Below are positions 50,937 to 63,102 of a stretch of DNA of 64,000 bases, one piece after another. Every line of letters begins with the position of its first letter. Within the stretch, counting starts at the first letter, position 1. The notes below the pieces were generated by a model. It had not been told where the DNA came from. It did not search any database and saw only the letters and a program-made list of their open reading frames with translations. The stretch comes from Haliotis rufescens (Eukaryota), in the NCBI RefSeq assembly GCF_023055435.1, contig NW_025964372.1:12772001-12836000 (forward strand), read 5' to 3'. The translations under genes and the position numbers were made by a program.

Positions 50937-52047
50937 CCTCGTCCTCATCTTCCTCGCCTTTACCTCCATACAAGCACCTAAACGCACGTGCAAATACACA
51001 AAGACACATCCTAATGTTCTCTGGCATTTCAGCACATTATGTATTTTGTAATCATAACTGCAAATAATAGTTTAAAACCGAATGTTATACCTGTATTGTG
51101 GGTTATTTTCCATCGTCGTTTTCAATAATGCAAGGAGTCAATTAAGGATTAATGGTGTCGGAATGAGACACGCTCGTATCTTTCAATGTTATTTGAACTG
51201 ACTCGTTTTGTTTATGAAATATATTAACTAGTATGAATCCATCAATGTCCACCATTTAGATTAGATAGAACCCGATTGAAATATGTACTATATGTGGCGT
51301 TGACCACCGTTTGAACACTGTATTTGTCTAAATCACGTGGCTATCTAACTTCAAACCAGTTACGACAACCAATCACAGCTAATTAACAAGATCTTTGACT
51401 TGTCACGTGACAAACAAGCGTCTCCTCCTCATGTGAAAACTAAAATGTCACATGACCCGTTGTATTTAGAGCGGTATGTCAGAGAAAGCCAGGTATCGCC
51501 ACCTGACATTTAGCCTACCCTCAGTTGAGAGGTCTCGCAGCCAATTTCATTAGTATCCGGGCCAGACCAGCACAACCGGATCGTCTGTCCGGGCGTACCG
51601 CTACACTGATCTGATAAATAGATTTGTCTCGGGGACAACTTAAACAGGGCCAGTGCAAGAGGATCAAGGCAGATGAATTGTTCAGATTTCCTCACACGCA
51701 CGCACGGATCAGCAGGTTCAGAAAATCAGTTTCGAAAATGAACGTCAAATTTATATTCATTCTTGTTTAGGAGTCTATCAGGTGACTTCATTATGAAGGT
51801 AACATTATGTTTGTTCCGTTTGTCTTCGCAGGAATTACACGCCCAGGGCTAGTAATCATTCTGGTCAAAGCGGTAGTACGCGTCTTTCACGCGGACATTA
51901 TAATACGAGATGACGCTCGATTTTTTCTGAGATTTCCACTTTGCAATATACCAGACAGGCATGGCATACGTATTTATAGCCCCAAATGCCTCGGTTAGCT
52001 TCCTCACATCTCGTCTTGCGTGCATCATGTGTTAGGTCTTCTGATTT

Positions 52048-53467
52048 CGTCACGCCAGACTGGCTTAGCACCAGTAAATGGTGTCATCCGTGATCTCGTC
52101 AAGCCAGAAATGTCAAGAATGACCGGATCTCCTTCATTGCGTCAAGTCTGACTGGCCTAGCACCAGTAAATGTTGTCATCTATTATCTCGTCAAGCCTGA
52201 CTGGCTTGTGGCAAGTATATGATGTCATCTACGGTCTCGTCAAGCCTGACTGGCTTTGCACCAGTAAATTGTGTCATCTATGTTCTCGTCAAGTCTGACT
52301 GGCTTGTGGCAAGTAAATGATGTCATCTATGATCTCGTCAAGTCTGACCGGCTTGTGGCAAGTAAATGATGCCATCTATGATCTCGTCAAGTCTGACCGG
52401 CTTGTGGCAAGTAAATCTATGATCTCGTCAAGTCTGACCGGCTTGTGGCAAGTAAATGATGTCATCTATGATCTCGTCAAGTCTGACCGGCTTGTGGCAA
52501 GTAAATGATGTCATCTATGATCTCGTCAAGTCTGACCGGCTTGTGGCAAGTAAATGATGCCATCTATGATCTCGTCAAGTCTGACCGGCTTGTGGCAAGT
52601 AAATCTATGATCTCGTCAAATCTGACTGGCTTGTGGCAAGTAAATGATGTCATCTATGATCTCGTCAAATCTGACTGGCTTGTGGCAAGTAAATGATGTC
52701 ATCTATGATCTCGTCAAGTCTGACTGGCTTGTGGCAAGTAAATCTATGATCTCGTCAAGTCTGACCGGCTTGTGGCAAGTAAATGATGTCATCTATGATC
52801 TCGTCAAGTCTGACTGGCTTGTGGCAAGTAAATGATGTCATCTATGATCTCGTCAAGTCTGACTGGCTTGTGGCAAGTATATGATGCCATCTATGATCTC
52901 GTCAAGTCTGACCGGCTTGTGGCAAGTAAATGATGTCATCTATGATCTCGTCAAGTCTGACCGGCTTGTGGCAAGTAAATGATGCCATCTATGATCTCGT
53001 CAAGTCTGACCGGCTTGTGGCAAGTAAATCTATGATCTCGTCAAATCTGACTGGCTTGTGGCAAGTAAATGATGTCATCTATGATCTCGTCAAATCTGAC
53101 TGGCTTGTGGCAAGTAAATGATGTCATCTATGATCTCGTCAAGTCTGACTGGCTTGTGGCAAGTAAATGGTGCCATCTATGATCTCGTCAAATCTGACTG
53201 GCTTGTGGCAAGTAAATGATGTCATCTATGATCTCGTCAAGTCTGACTGGCTTGTGGCAAGTAAATGATGTCATCTATGATCTCGTCAAATCTGACTGGC
53301 TTGTGGCAAGTAAATTATGTCATCTATGATCTCGTCAAATCTGACTGGCTTGTGGCAAGTAAATTATGTCATCTATGATCTCGTCAAATCTGACTGGCTT
53401 GTGGCAAGTAAATGTTGTCATCTATGATCTCGTCAAGTCAGAAATGTCAAGAATGACCGGATCTCCT
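52048..53467. repeat. 49-bp minisatellite (gtcaagtctgacyggcttgtggcaagtaaatgatgtcatctatgatctc) with recurrent 41-bp variant
   Basis: Direct periodicity; 8-bp-deleted units at ~52415, ~52600, ~52740 and ~53030. Confidence 0.96.
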
Positions 53468-54685
53468 ACCTCGCGTAAAGGATGTTACCTATGGTCCGGA
53501 CTGACATAGCTTTGGGAAGTTGAGCTGCTAATTGCTGTCAAGTTCTCCTGGCCCCATGGCGAGATCTCGTACACGGCATGTAGCGCCTTCACTCAGTTGC
53601 CCCCACAAGCCATGCTTCAAAATGGCTGACACAATTAGTGCCTGGCTTCAGGCGTGTTACCATGGCAACCTGACTATGTACCCAGTCATTTTCCGTTCAG
53701 AATATGTCTTGAACGGAGATATCGTGCCATTTTAGGTCCTTCGCTCGTGTTGATAAGAGAGATAGCAAGTGGACAGTGCTAATCATCCCTGCTCCTGACA
53801 TTAACAGGTCTCGTTGGTCGGTGTAGACATCAATACTCAAAGATAACGCTGACGTGCAACATAAACACATACGATAATCTCTTCCCAAAAGAATGGTGAA
53901 TTAATTCAATGGATTTGGACAAATGGTCTTTTGAGAACTGAAAACCTTTAAGTGCGTTTTAAAAAATGCAGCACAAGAGCCAAATGCCATACAACCCACA
54001 GTCATGGAGAAATAGATTTCCACGGCTGAACAACTCAAGGGCACACTTAGTAACTTTAAAAACTGTCATCAATCGAACGACTAGGTGCGACTGCAGTTAA
54101 TTCGGAATAGGTTTTATTCCTAAGCATTTATGAACAATCATAAAACCTCCTGCTGGTTGAAACACGTATCGGAAATGAGAAGGAAATAGCAGAGAAACAC
54201 AGTGTCTAACAATAAAGGAAGTCAATTCCATGTGTTAATCCAACGAAAAAATACCAGTTAAAGCAATAAAGGCCACCAAGTGGTTGTAATCTTCTGACGA
54301 GTGGATGGAGTATGGGAAAGGACAGAAAACAACAATTGGTAAACAACGTGCATCAGGTTGACTTTTTTTATCAAATTACATGTACAAAATTATTCCTTAG
54401 AGAGGCGTTGTCAATACGTGTTACTTTATCAGTTGACTGCAACAGTTACATGTACCATAAGTTAAAGAGTTCATATTTAGTGTCAAGGTATACTTTGTAA
54501 TCCCATAATGGAGTGTAGTGATCCCAGCTACCCATGTGCTACTGGTTCGTACCGGCAGCAGTTGTCATTCAATTTGGAACCATATTGTGCCACGTTCCTG
54601 CCCTGGTTGCTATCTTTGTTTCATAACGCTACCTTCTTCTGCTGTATTTAAACATATGTACATTGAATAACAATGACAATCATTT

Positions 54686-55612
54686 GTTGTCCTGGCTACT
54701 GCAGGTTGGTATGTTGGTCTGCTTGGGTTGCCCTGACCACTGCACGTTGGTATGTTTGTCTGCTTGGGTTGCCCTGACTACTGTGGGTTGGTAGGCTGGT
54801 CTGCTTGGGTTGCTCTCATTACTGTGGGTTGGTATGTTGGTCTGCTTGGGTTGCCCTGACCACTGTGGGTTGGTATGTTGGTCTGCTTTGGTTGCCCTGA
54901 CTACTGTTGGTTGGTATGTTGGTCTGCTTGGGTTGCCCTGACTACAGTTGGTTGGTATGTTGGTCTGCTTGGGTTGCCCTGACCACTGCACGTTGGTATG
55001 TTGGTCTGCTTGGGTTGCTCTCATTACTGTTGGTTGGTAGGCTGGTCTGCTTGGGTTGCTCTCATTACTGTGGGTTGGTATGTTGGTCTGCTTGGGTTGC
55101 CCTGACTACTGTGGGTTGGTATGTTGGTCTGCTTGGGTTGCCCTGACTACTGTGAGTTGGTATGTTGGTCTGCTTTGGTTGCTCTGACTACTTTGGGTTG
55201 GTATGTTGGTCTGCTTGGGTTGCCCTGACAATGTGGGTCGGTATGTTGGTCTGCTTGGGTCGCCCTGACTACTTTGGGTTGGTATGTTGGTCTGCTTCGG
55301 TTGCACTGACTACTGTTGGTTGGTATGTTGGTCTGCTTGGGTTGCTCTCATTACTGTGGGTTGGTAGGCTGGTCTGCTTGGGTTGCTCTCATTACTGCGG
55401 GTTGGTAGGCTGGGTTGCTCTCATTACTGCAGGTTGGTAGGCTGGGTTGCTCTCATTACTGTGGGTTGGTAGGCTGGTTTGCTTGGGTTGCCCTGACTAC
55501 TGTTGGTTGGTATGTTGGTCTGCTTGGGTTGCCCTGACTACTGTTGGTTGGTATGTTGGTCTGCTTGTGTTGCTCTCATTACTGTGGGTTGGTAGGCTGG
55601 GTTGCTCTGACT
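54686..55612. repeat. 41-bp minisatellite (gggttgccctgactactgtgggttggtatgttggtctgctt)
   Basis: About 22 copies with two subtypes (ccctgac / tctcatt). Confidence 0.96.
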
Positions 55613-56599
55613 GTTTGTCAAATCCATCTATTGTAACAGTAAAAGACTTACACAAGCATGTTTTACTGAAGACAAATTTCAACTCGGATCTTCACCGGGC
55701 GTTGAGCGGATTATTGATAATCTTACTAATGATAGGTTTTATTAGTTTATGGACAAACTAATCTGAGAAACAAGTGTTACTTTATTCCTAGATGACATTC
55801 TGATGCAAGAAATTGATACTGTTTTAACCATCACGGAAACACAAACGAGTGTTTCGGAAACATGAAAGTGAAGGTGTACTGACGATAAATATCTGTAAAC
55901 ATTATTTCGGGCGTGTAGATCAGTATGTGGTGGGTCCTACATGTTGAGCGATACATGCACGTATTACTCATGTTCATTTGGTGTTCAAAAGAGACGACGC
56001 CGTTTGATTCTGCCAAGCCCGCCCGTAGTTGACAGAGCGCCAGAAACTCGATCCATCCAAGCACCCTCCACCCTCCACCCTCCACCCTCTCCCGACCCCT
56101 CAGTCATTGTCTGAGCCAGGCTGTGTGTATACTGTATCGAGTTCTCGACAGTATCGGTCACCCTCAAGATGACCATCTCAGGGGATGTCCGAAGATCCAC
56201 TTGTATTTTTAATCTGCAATCATCAAGCTATCAGTAGTGTTTAGTGAAGACGTGAGTCACCTACTATGGGTTGTAATGATCGATAGAGTAAGCCAGTGAG
56301 TGGACGACAATCATCATTAGTTGTTTATCACCAGTAACCACCTCCAGGCGCACTGTCGCTGCTGCATTAACCAGATTCCTTCTCCACCGTGCGGAGAGTC
56401 ACGGACGCCATAATTGACCAATTAACACAAACTATCATGTGCACAGATTTCAGTATTTCTAATTATCCGTGTGTCATTAGAATCATCCAGCTTCTGAAAG
56501 TGCAGGGAAGACAGGCGACAGACCACAGCTACTACTGTTATCCACTAACATCCACCATTACTACGGCGGTTATTATCACATCATCTCCAACTACATCAA

Positions 56600-56905
56600 C
56601 TCTACACCTGCAATACTACTACGTCTATTGCTACCACAACATCTGTACACCTGCAATACTACTACGACTATTGCTACCACAACATCTGTACACCTGCAAT
56701 ACTACTACGTCTATTGCTACCACAACATATGTACACCTGCAATACTACTACGACTATTGTTACCACAACATCTCTACACCTGCAATACTACTACGACTAT
56801 TGCTACCACAACATCTCTACACCTGCAATACTACTACGTCTATTGCTACCACAACATCTCTACACCTGCAATACTACTACGACTATTACTACCACAACAT
56901 CTACT
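56600..56905. repeat. 43-bp minisatellite (atctctacacctgcaatactactacgactattgctaccacaac) x7
   Basis: Direct periodicity. Confidence 0.95.
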
Positions 56906-57026
56906 GCTACCTGTTGTAAAGGGGGTGGCAGTGTGTATGATACTTTTTGCTATATTTTGGGTTTCTTATATAGAACATGGCCTGATCGTTGTTAATTTAA
57001 CTTCGTGAACGTCAAAATATCTGCAT

Positions 57027-57460
57027 TACAAGACGTGAAGTCAACCCACTGATCCATACTGAATGTCACAGTAGCAGGGTAGCAGCCTACAAGACGTGAA
57101 GTCAACCCACTGATCCATACTGAATGTCACAGTAGCAGGGTAGCAACCTACAAGACGTGAAGACAACCCACTGATCCATACTGAATGTCACAGTAGCAGG
57201 GTAGCAACCTACAAGACATGAAGACAACCCACTGATCCATACTGAATGTCACAGTAGCAGGGGAGAAGCCTACAAGACATGAAGACAACCCACTGATCCA
57301 TACTGAATGTCACAGTAGCAGGGGAGAAGCCTACAAGACGTGAAGACAACCCACTGATCCATACTGAATGTCACAGTAGCAGGGTAGCAGCCTACAAGAC
57401 GTGAAGACAACCCACTGATCCATACTGAATGTCACAGTAGCAGGGTAGCAGCCAACAAGT
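57027..57460. repeat. 61-bp minisatellite x7, followed by (GT)n and poly-G
   Basis: tacaagacgtgaagacaacccactgatccatactgaatgtcacagtagcagggtagcagcc. Confidence 0.96.
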
Positions 57461-57465
57461 CGTGT

Positions 57466-57496
<31 letters not shown>

Positions 57497-57775
57497 GGGC
57501 TACGGCACAGTATAAACGTACAAGAGTATCTGATATATGGGCGATGCCTCAAGCAAAACGTAGTAATACATTACTCCTCCTTGCCTCGCTACGTAATCTT
57601 GTGTTCTTAATGTCTGACAACGGACACGGGTATTCTACAGATTACCCCTATTCAGACAGCTTGCACTGCTTGGCAGGTGGATATTATGGGATAGGAATCA
57701 ATACTGGTCAAACGCATCACTGACAGTCCGACTAAAGGGCAGCAACTCTTGTTAACAATATAGTGATGAATAAAT

Positions 57776-58144
57776 AGTGAAGGGAAATGGGGTTCAGCGT
57801 CGNNNNNNNNNNNNNNNNNNNNNNNNNNNNNNNNNNNNNNNNNNNNNNNNNNNNNNNNNNNNNNNNNNNNNNNNNNNNNNNNNNNNNNNNNNNNNNNNNN
57901 NNNNNNNNNNNNNNNNNNNNNNNNNNNNNNNNNNNNNNNNNNNNNNNNNNNNNNNNNNNNNNNNNNNNNNNNNNNNNNNNNNNNNNNNNNNNNNNNNNNN
58001 NNNNNNNNNNNNNNNNNNNNNNNNNNNNNNNNNNNNNNNNNNNNNNNNNNNNNNNNNNNNNNNNNNNNNNNNNNNNNNNNNNNNNNNNNNNNNNNNNNNN
58101 NNNNNNNNNNNNNGCTTGTACTAGTCCGGACTAATGCTGGTGTC
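57776..58144 (-). mobile_element. Partial family W SINE spanning the assembly gap
   Basis: Left of the gap gaaatggggttcagcgtcg = reverse complement of the family W tail; right of the gap gcttgtactagtccggact = reverse complement of ~29900-29918. Confidence 0.7.
57803..58113. other. Assembly gap (311 N)
   Basis: Run of N. Confidence 1.
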
Positions 58145-58789
58145 ATGCCATCGTTTAACATCTATACCCCTTTTAATATTTATCATCTATTTATATCTAT
58201 TAATGCAGGGTTACAAAAAGTACCAGCTTTAAACGTATTTTGGTATGATGCGGCGGGGAATCCATCCCCGACCTATCCGGCAAACGCCCAATCCACTCGA
58301 CCACGGACGCAGACGGTTAAATAAATGATGGCAATGGGTTTGATGTCATGGTAGAAACCGCACAACATTTGAATGATGAGATCTTGCTTCAGTTCTCCTG
58401 TGACCATGCATCCATGGTTCAGTAATGACAGATTGCCATCTTCTGGTTCAGTTGACGTTGACATGAATAGTCGCCGCCCTACACAGCTATCTTCCTCGCG
58501 TAAGTGGGACAAATGACAGCGTATGCCATGATGGTGTCGGCAACAATTAATATTTGATTCCAGTTTCGATTCACTCTAGTCTTACATATGTTTACGGTGA
58601 AATTCAGTTTGGCACTGTTATGTACGGGAAGCAATATTCAAACGAATGATAGTGGGTCATTTCTGAGGAATTTTGCTTTTACATGTCTAATATAGTTAAG
58701 GAGTTTGGTATTAAAACTGGACAAAACAGCCAGTGGTTGATACCATGAGCATCTATAACTGATACTGCTATGAAGAGGGTGGCAGTGCA

Positions 58790-61700
58790 TCTGCATGGAG
58801 TGAGTTCTACCCCGTGGGTTTAGTGCTACTACGTGGGTTTAGTGCTACTGCATGGAGTGAGTTCTACCCCGTGGGTTTAGTGCTACTACGTAGGTTTAGT
58901 GCTACTACATGGAGTTAGTTCTACCACGTGGGTTTAGTGCTACTACGTGGGTTTAGTGCTACTGCATGGCGTTAGTTCTACCACGTGGGTTTAGTACTAC
59001 TACGTGGGTTTAGTGCTACTGCATGGAGTTAGTTCTACCACGTGGGTTTAGTGCTATTACGTGGGTTTAGTGCTACTGCATGGAGTTAGTTCTACCACGT
59101 GGGTTTAGTGCTACTACGTGGGTTTAGTGCTACTGCATGGAGTTAGTTCTACCACGTGGGTTTAGTGCTATTACGTGGGTTTAGTGCTGCTGCATGGAGT
59201 TAGTTCTACCACGTGGGTTTAGTGCTACTACGTGGGTTTAGTGCTACTAGATGCAGTAAGTTCTACCACGTGGGTTTAGTGCTACTACGTGGGTTTAAGG
59301 CTACTGCATGGAGTTAGTTCTACCACGTGGGTTAAGTGTTACTACGTGGGTTTAGTGCTACTGCATTGAGTTAGTTCTACCACGTGGGTTTAGTGCTACT
59401 ACGTGGGTTTAGTGCTACTGCATGGAGTTAGTTCTACCACGTGGGTTTAGTGCTACTACGTGGGTTTAGTGCTACTGCATGGAGTTAGTTCTACCACGTG
59501 GGTTTAGTGCTAATATGAGGGTTTAAGGCTACTGCATGGAGTTAGTTCTACCACGTGGGTTTAGTGCTACTACGTGGGTTAAGTGCTACTACAGGGCGTT
59601 AGTTCTACCACGTGGGTTTAGTGCTGCTGCATGGAGTTAGTTCTACCACGTGGGTTTAGTGCTACTACGTGGGTTTAGTGCTACTGCATGGAGTAAGTTC
59701 TACCACGTGGGTTTAGTGCTACTACGTGGGTTTTAGGCTACTGCATGGAGTAAGTTCTACCACGTGGGTTTAGTGTTACTACGTGGGTTTAGTGCTACTG
59801 CATGGAGTTAGTTCTACCACGTGGGTTTAGTGCTACTACGTGGGTTTAGTGCTACTGCATGGAGTTAGTTCTACCACGTGGGTTTAGTGCTACTACGTGG
59901 GTTTAGTGCTACTGCATGGAGTTAGTTCTACCACGTGGGTTTAGTGCTACCACGTGGGTTTAGTGCTACTGCATGGAGTTAGTTCTACCACGTGGGTTAA
60001 GTGTTACTACGTGGGTTTAGTGCTGCTGCATGGAGTTAGTTCTACCACGTGGGTTTAGTGCTACTACCTGGGTTTAGTGCTACTGCATGGAGTTAGTTCT
60101 ACCACGTGGGTTTAGTGCTACTACGTGGGTTTAGTGCTACTGCATGGAGTTAGTTCTACCACGTGGGTTTAGTGCTACTACCTGGGTTTAGTGCTACTGC
60201 ATGGAGTTAGTTCTACCACGTGGGTTTAGTGCTACTACATGGGTTTAGTGCTACTGCATGGAGTAGGTTCTACCACGTGGGTTTAGTGCTACTACCTGGG
60301 TTTAGTTGTATCCCGTGGGTTTAGTGCTACGACGTGGGTTTAGTGGTACTACGTGGGTTTAGTTCTACAACATTGGTTTAGTTCTACCGCGTGGGGTTAG
60401 TTCTACCACGTGGGTTTAGCGGTACTACGTGGGTTTAGAGCTACTACGTCGGTTTAGTGGTACTGCATGGAGTTAGTTCTACCATGTTGGTTTAGTGCTA
60501 CTACTTGGGTTTAGTGCTACCATGTCGGTTTAGTTCTACCACAGGGGTTTAGTTCTACCACGTGGGTTTAGTTCTACCACAAAGATTTAGTGCTACTACG
60601 TGGGTTTAGTTGTACCACGTGGGTTTAGTTCTACCACGTGGGTTTAGTGGTACTACGTAGGTTTAGTGCTACTACGTGGGTTTGGTGGTTCTACGTGGGT
60701 TTAGTTCTACCACGTGAGTTTAGTGATACTACGTGAGTTTAGTCCTATCAGGTGAGTTTAGTGATACTACGTGGGTTGAGTGCTACTACGTGGGTTTAGT
60801 GCTACTACGTGGGTTTAGTTCTACCACGTGGGTTTAGTGATACTACGTGGGTTTAGTTGTACCACGTAGGTTTAGTTCTACCACGTGGGTTTAGTGCTAC
60901 TTTGTAGGTTTAGTTCTACCACACGGGTTTAGTGCTACCGCATGAGTTTAGTGCTACCACAAGGGTTTAGATCTACCAGAGAGGTTTAGTGCTGCGGCAT
61001 GGGTTTAATGCTACCAGAGGGGTTTAGTTCTACCACAGGGGTTTAGTTCTACCATGTTGGTTTAGTGCTACCGCTAGGGTTTAGTCCTACCACATGGGTT
61101 TAGTTCTACCCAATGGGTTTAGTTCTACCACGTCGGTTTAGTTCTACCACAAGGGGTTTAGTTCTACCCAATGGGTTTAGTTCTACCGCATGGGTTTAGT
61201 TCTACCATGTTGGTTTAGTGCTACCTCTAGGGTTTAGTTCTACCACATGGGTTTAATGCCACCACAGCGGTTTAATGCTACCACATGGGTTTAATGCTAC
61301 CACATTGGTTTAATGCTTCCACATGGGTTTAGTTCTGCCTCAGGGGTTTAGTTCCACCATCTTGGTTTAGTGCTACCACATGGGTTTAGTTTTACCATGT
61401 TGGTTTAGTGCTACCGCTAGGGTTTAGTCCTACCACATGGGTTTAGTGCTACCACATGGGTTTAGTTCTACCACGTCGGTTTAGTTCTACCACAGGGGTT
61501 TAGTTCTACCGCCAGGATTTAGTTCTACCGAATGGGTTTAGTTCTACCGCCAGGGTTTCGTTCTATACCAAGGGTTTATTTCTCCCGCATTGGTTTAGTT
61601 CTATCACATGGGTATAGATCTACCACAGTGGCTTAGTTCTACCCCATAAGTTAAGTTAAGGGTTTAGTTCTACGACAAGGGTTAGTTCTACCACAAGGGT

Positions 61701-63102
61701 TTAGTTCTACCACAAGGGTTTAGTTCTACCACGTCGGTTTAGTTCTACCACAGGGGTTCAGTTCTACCTCAAGGATTTAGTTCTACAACAGGGATTTAGT
61801 TCTACCGCATGGGTTTAGTTCTACCACATGGGTTTAGTTCTACCACAAGGGTTTAGTTCTACAACATAGGTTTAGATCTACCTCAGGGGTTTAGTTCTAC
61901 CACAAGGGTTTAGTTCTACCACAGAGATTTAGTTCTCCCGCATGGGTTTAGTTCTACCACATGGGTTTAGTTCTACCACAAGGGTTTAGTTCTACAACAT
62001 GGGTATAGTTCTACCACAAGGGTTTAGTTCTACCACAGAGATTTAGTTCTACCGCATGGGTTTAGTTCTACCACAAGGGTTTAGTTCTACCACATGGGTT
62101 TAGTTCTACCACAGAGATTTAGTTCTACCACAGGGGTTTAGTTCTACCACAGCGGTTTAGTTCTACCATATGGGTTTAGTTCTACCAAAAGGGTTCAGTT
62201 CTACCAATTTTGTTTAGTTCTACTACAGGGGTTTAGTTCTACCACAGAGATTTAGTTCTACAACAGGGATTTAGTTCTACCGCATGGGTTTAGTTCTACC
62301 ACATGGGTTTAGTTCTACCACAAGGGTTTAGTTCTACAACATAGGTTTAGATCTACCTCAGGGGTTTAGTTCTACCACAAGGGTTTAGTTCTACCACAGA
62401 GATTTAGTTCTCCCGCATGGGTTTAGTTCTACCACATGGGTTTAGTTCTACCACAAGGGTTTAGTTCTACAACATGGGTATAGTTCTACCACAAGGGTTT
62501 AGTTCTACCACAGAGATTTAGTTCTACCGCATGGGTTTAGTTCTACCACAAGGGTTTAGTTCTACCACATGGGTTTAGTTCTACCACAGAGATTTAGTTC
62601 TACCACAGGGGTTTAGTTCTACCACAGCGGTTTAGTTCTACCATATGGGTTTAGTTCTACCAAAAGGGTTCAGTTCTACCAATTTTGTTTAGTTCTACTA
62701 GAGGGGTTTAGTTCTACCACAGAGATTTAGTTCTACCACGTCGGTTTAGTTCTACCACAGGGGTTTAGTTCTACCACAAGGGTTTAGTTCTACCACAGAG
62801 ATTTAGTTCTACCACAGAGATTTAGTTCTACCGCATGGGTTTAGTTCTACCACAAGGGTTTAGTTCTACCACATGGGTTTAAATCTACCTCAGGGGTTTA
62901 GTTCTACCACAGGGGTTTAGTTCTACCACAGCGGTTTAGCTCTACCACAAGGGTTTAGTTCTACCACAGGGGTTTAGTTCTACCACAGGGGTTTAGTTCT
63001 ACCACAGCGGTTTAGTTCTACCACAGGGGTTTAGTTCTACCACAGGGGTTTAGTTCTACCACAGCGGTTTAGTTCTACCACAAGGGTTTAGTTCTACCAC
63101 AT
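58790..63102. repeat. 19-bp satellite (gggtttagttctaccacrw); 57-bp (3x19) higher-order repeat on the left, monomeric on the right
   Basis: Trimer ttctaccacgtgggtttag / tgctactacgtgggtttag / tgctactgcatggagttag at ~58790-60290; 475-bp (25-unit) duplication starting at 61781 and 62256. Confidence 0.98.

Noticed and set aside
57652-58161. ORFs spanning the N run
   Set aside because: Artefacts of the assembly gap
58790-63102. CRISPR-like constant/variable pattern and telomere-like GGGTTTAG
   Set aside because: Variable part is only ~7 nt and recurrent, no cas genes, eukaryotic context; no tandem TTAGGG or TTTAGGG runs
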